A stretch of 64,000 nucleotides of DNA from Basidiobolus meristosporus CBS 931.73 (lineage: Eukaryota; Fungi; Basidiobolomycota). Of this stretch, positions 61,499 to 64,000 are shown piece by piece. The DNA lies in assembly GCA_002104905.1 (NCBI GenBank), contig MCFE01000386.1:1-64000 (forward strand), read 5' to 3'. How positions within the stretch are numbered: the stretch's first letter is position 1; the number at the start of each line of letters is the position of its first letter. Both the position numbers and the translations under genes were made by a program. Below the pieces are notes generated by a model. It made no database searches and was not told where the DNA came from. It worked only from the letters and a program-made list of their open reading frames with translations.

Positions 61499-64000
61499 TT
61501 AGGAGGGCACAGACATCCCATTGGGGTTTCCGTGCAGCACCTTCACAAGTATCCCCCATATGCCTCGAGCAAGATGGACAGACCAAGATTGATCATGGTC
61601 TGCCTGGTCTCTGGAATAGTAGGTTCCATGGGACATAGTACCGAAGACGTCGTCGTATTGATTGTTGCTTCTTAGTATAACCCTGATGAAAAGCAGCTCA
61701 AAAACTATGAACACCCCAGTCAAGATAAATGCATTCAACATCAAAGATGAGAAGGAGCCAAGCGACCCATTATCCGGCTGATGGGCAACCAGTTCGGATT
61801 TGTTCTTTATACGCTTTCTGAGGGTGTCGATGACTTCGGTCATATCCGCGAGTTTAGCGTCTACCTCTTCTTCCGAGCGAACTCGCTTCTCCAGCTGGGA
61901 TTTCAACTCGCTCATCTCATTGTTCGTCTGATCAACGATATCTTTCATGGCTTTCATCTCCAGGAGCAGGCCATCTCGCTTTTGAGTTTTATCATTGAGT
62001 TCGTTCAAGTTGGCCTCCAGTGCATCTCCGAGATTTCTATGAACGTCCTGGCCATCTCTAAGCTCATTCATGATCTCCTTCAGATTATTGATTGCCTGAA
62101 CCATATCCTCGTATAGATAATCTTCAGTGCCATAACTAGGCTCTTCAAGATGCGACTCCTCAAATGTCTGATCAGGGTTGTATTCTTCTATCCCACTTCT
62201 TTCGACTTGAGAGTCGTCCATGTCAAGGAATGAGCTTTCATCTTGATTCGAGTATGTTTGGGATTGCTCCAACTCCTCATCCGCAGTGACTGATCCATCG
62301 TTGATCGAATTAAATATGTGGGGAGTTGCCGGTTGAGCTTCCGACTCTGGATGGATAAATGTATCATCATATTCAGTCAAAGAAATATCTGACTCTTTGA
62401 ATCGGTCATTGAGGTTTTTGATTGTATCCGACGGAGTGGTCATGCGGGAAAGTGACTGAAGGAGCCTCATGGGTGTCAACTCTCGAACAGTCTTAGCACT
62501 CTTCGGCAAGACGGACTCGTTACGGTCGAAACTGTCAACTTTAGCGGGAGGTGGGGCAGAGGAAACTTGTCTGGAAGATAGCTGCTTGAGGATCTTTTGA
62601 GGAGTCTCCACGTTGGAATAACTTGGAGTTAAACTAACGTTGCCCCTGGTGCTGCTAAACCTCTTGACTTCTACTTCAGATGACTCATTGTCAAGCTGCT
62701 GACCCTCTGGAGAATCGTCCATTGTTTCTCGAGTATTTTCCTCACTGCGATCTGGATGAAACGAGCTAGGCATTTCAGTTTGATGATCGCCATCTTCTAC
62801 ATTGTGTGTATGTTCAACGGAACTCTTCTCACTCTCTTGGTAATCATGTTGAGTAGTATATGTGCTATCAGTCACCTCCAAACTAACTGTATTCGATATA
62901 TTCTCATCAACGGAAGACAGGCTGGACTCTTGCGCGGACAAATTGGTTACAGAGTGCTTGGAATCACTGTTATCAATGGTGTCATTGTAATTCCAAGTAA
63001 TCTCGGAGTGATACTCAATATCACCATGAGATTGATTTTCAATTTGAGTGGATGCTTCCTGGCCAAATGGTGTGCTTGGAAGAGGGAATTTGGTTGGCCA
63101 TGAGTTGTCTAAGCTTCCGTCTATGTTAGAGGGCTCGGATTCGATCGCACTAGTGGTCTGTTGTTCATCGTGCTCTGGCTCGTCATGAGTAGAATGGGAA
63201 ACGATTTCAGCGTAAGAAATATTCGGGCGTCTAAGTGGATCATTGCCACCTTGATGCTCAGGAACAGTTTGCTCGGCATCTTCAGAAGAGTCGATTCCAA
63301 CAGGTACAGTCTGTTCATTCTGTTCAATACTTGATGTTTCGACATGATCACCAGCAGCTGTCTCATTTTCGTTTACATCACTGACTACCTCGCTGTATAA
63401 TCTTACATCGCTTCTATCATCACTAACAGAAGCCTCTGGTTGGACGATCGATTCTTCGGTTGCTATGCTATCGTGTTCAATGTTCGTGTCGGCTTTATCC
63501 GTAGCCGTATTTTCGGTAAAGTTTTCGATCCCCTCAGGAGCAGCATTTTGGGAGCCCTCGCTATGCTTCCCATTGAGCAACGAATTGTTTTGCTCATCAG
63601 CTCTACTGAAGCTTTCGAGGAAATCACCATAGCGCGAGTCCTCATAAGTAGTGAACTCGGATTGAGATACACCGGCAAAGAAGCGCTGCACCGCCGCCTC
63701 TTTATCCAATGTAGTAGCAGATGCGTTAGTAACATCCATCTCGGACATAAAACTTGCCTCATCCAAGAAAGAGGGTCGATATGTTCTAATGTCATCAGTG
63801 TCACTAACATATGATATTTCACCCATGAATGTACTGTCATCATTTTCTGTGGTGCTTTCATCGAAATTAACTGTATTAGCCAAAGGACTTTTGTAAAAAG
63901 GTGCAGTGTTGGTTGCCTTATTAGGTATAGCTGGTTGGATAGTGTCCCAATAACTAGCTATTTTTTCAGGCGAGTTGTCGTCGAAACGAACTTTCAGATT
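61499..64000 (-). CDS. Large acidic low-complexity protein with C-terminal coiled coil and single tail-proximal TM helix (5'-truncated by the window)
   Basis: Frame stays open to base 64000 (NLKVRFDDNSPEK...); coiled coil near the end; TM LMLNAFILTGVFIVFELLFIRVIL; ~55-aa tail ending VPS. Confidence 0.75.
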   Translation of the reverse strand, partial: NLKVRFDDNSPEKIASYWDTIQPAIPNKATNTAPFYKSPLANTVNFDESTTENDDSTFMGEISYVSDTDDIRTYRPSFLDEASFMSEMDVTNASATTLDKEAAVQRFFAGVSQSEFTTYEDSRYGDFLESFSRADEQNNSLLNGKHSEGSQNAAPEGIENFTENTATDKADTNIEHDSIATEESIVQPEASVSDDRSDVRLYSEVVSDVNENETAAGDHVETSSIEQNEQTVPVGIDSSEDAEQTVPEHQGGNDPLRRPNISYAEIVSHSTHDEPEHDEQQTTSAIESEPSNIDGSLDNSWPTKFPLPSTPFGQEASTQIENQSHGDIEYHSEITWNYNDTIDNSDSKHSVTNLSAQESSLSSVDENISNTVSLEVTDSTYTTQHDYQESEKSSVEHTHNVEDGDHQTEMPSSFHPDRSEENTRETMDDSPEGQQLDNESSEVEVKRFSSTRGNVSLTPSYSNVETPQKILKQLSSRQVSSAPPPAKVDSFDRNESVLPKSAKTVRELTPMRLLQSLSRMTTPSDTIKNLNDRFKESDISLTEYDDTFIHPESEAQPATPHIFNSINDGSVTADEELEQSQTYSNQDESSFLDMDDSQVERSGIEEYNPDQTFEESHLEEPSYGTEDYLYEDMVQAINNLKEIMNELRDGQDVHRNLGDALEANLNELNDKTQKRDGLLLEMKAMKDIVDQTNNEMSELKSQLEKRVRSEEEVDAKLADMTEVIDTLRKRIKNKSELVAHQPDNGSLGSFSSLMLNAFILTGVFIVFELLFIRVILRSNNQYDDVFGTMSHGTYYSRDQADHDQSWSVHLARGIWGILVKVLHGNPNGMSVPS

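Overview
Eukaryotic, intron-containing fungal DNA. The gene content (FANCD2, a 7TM-RGS, a dual histidine kinase, several bacterial-type genes) points to an early-diverging fungus; a Basidiobolus-like zoopagomycete is my inference, not shown directly. Bases 1-7.8 kb are repeat and mobile-element debris: a 155-bp satellite, a nearly CpG-free retroelement-like relic with structured hairpins, degenerate duplications and a 33-bp minisatellite. A cluster of four secreted-protein genes follows: a bacterial-type CHAP peptidoglycan hydrolase fused to a Cys-rich module, an AA11-like LPMO, a hypothetical protein and a class 3 lipase. The rest is mostly housekeeping (clathrin light chain, APSES factor, FANCD2, Ran, GYP1, DED1, URA3, GND1, UBP6, GVP36, AcpS, TRM10). 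The standout is a tandem pair of intronless, signal-peptide-bearing ~1,340-aa multicopper oxidases whose copper motifs occur in the permuted order of the Bacillus manganese oxidase MnxG, with no mnxE/mnxF-like partners nearby and mosaic identity between the copies. Several single-base frameshifts, including one in URA3, look like assembly indels. All calls come from reading the sequence by eye; no database searches were run.
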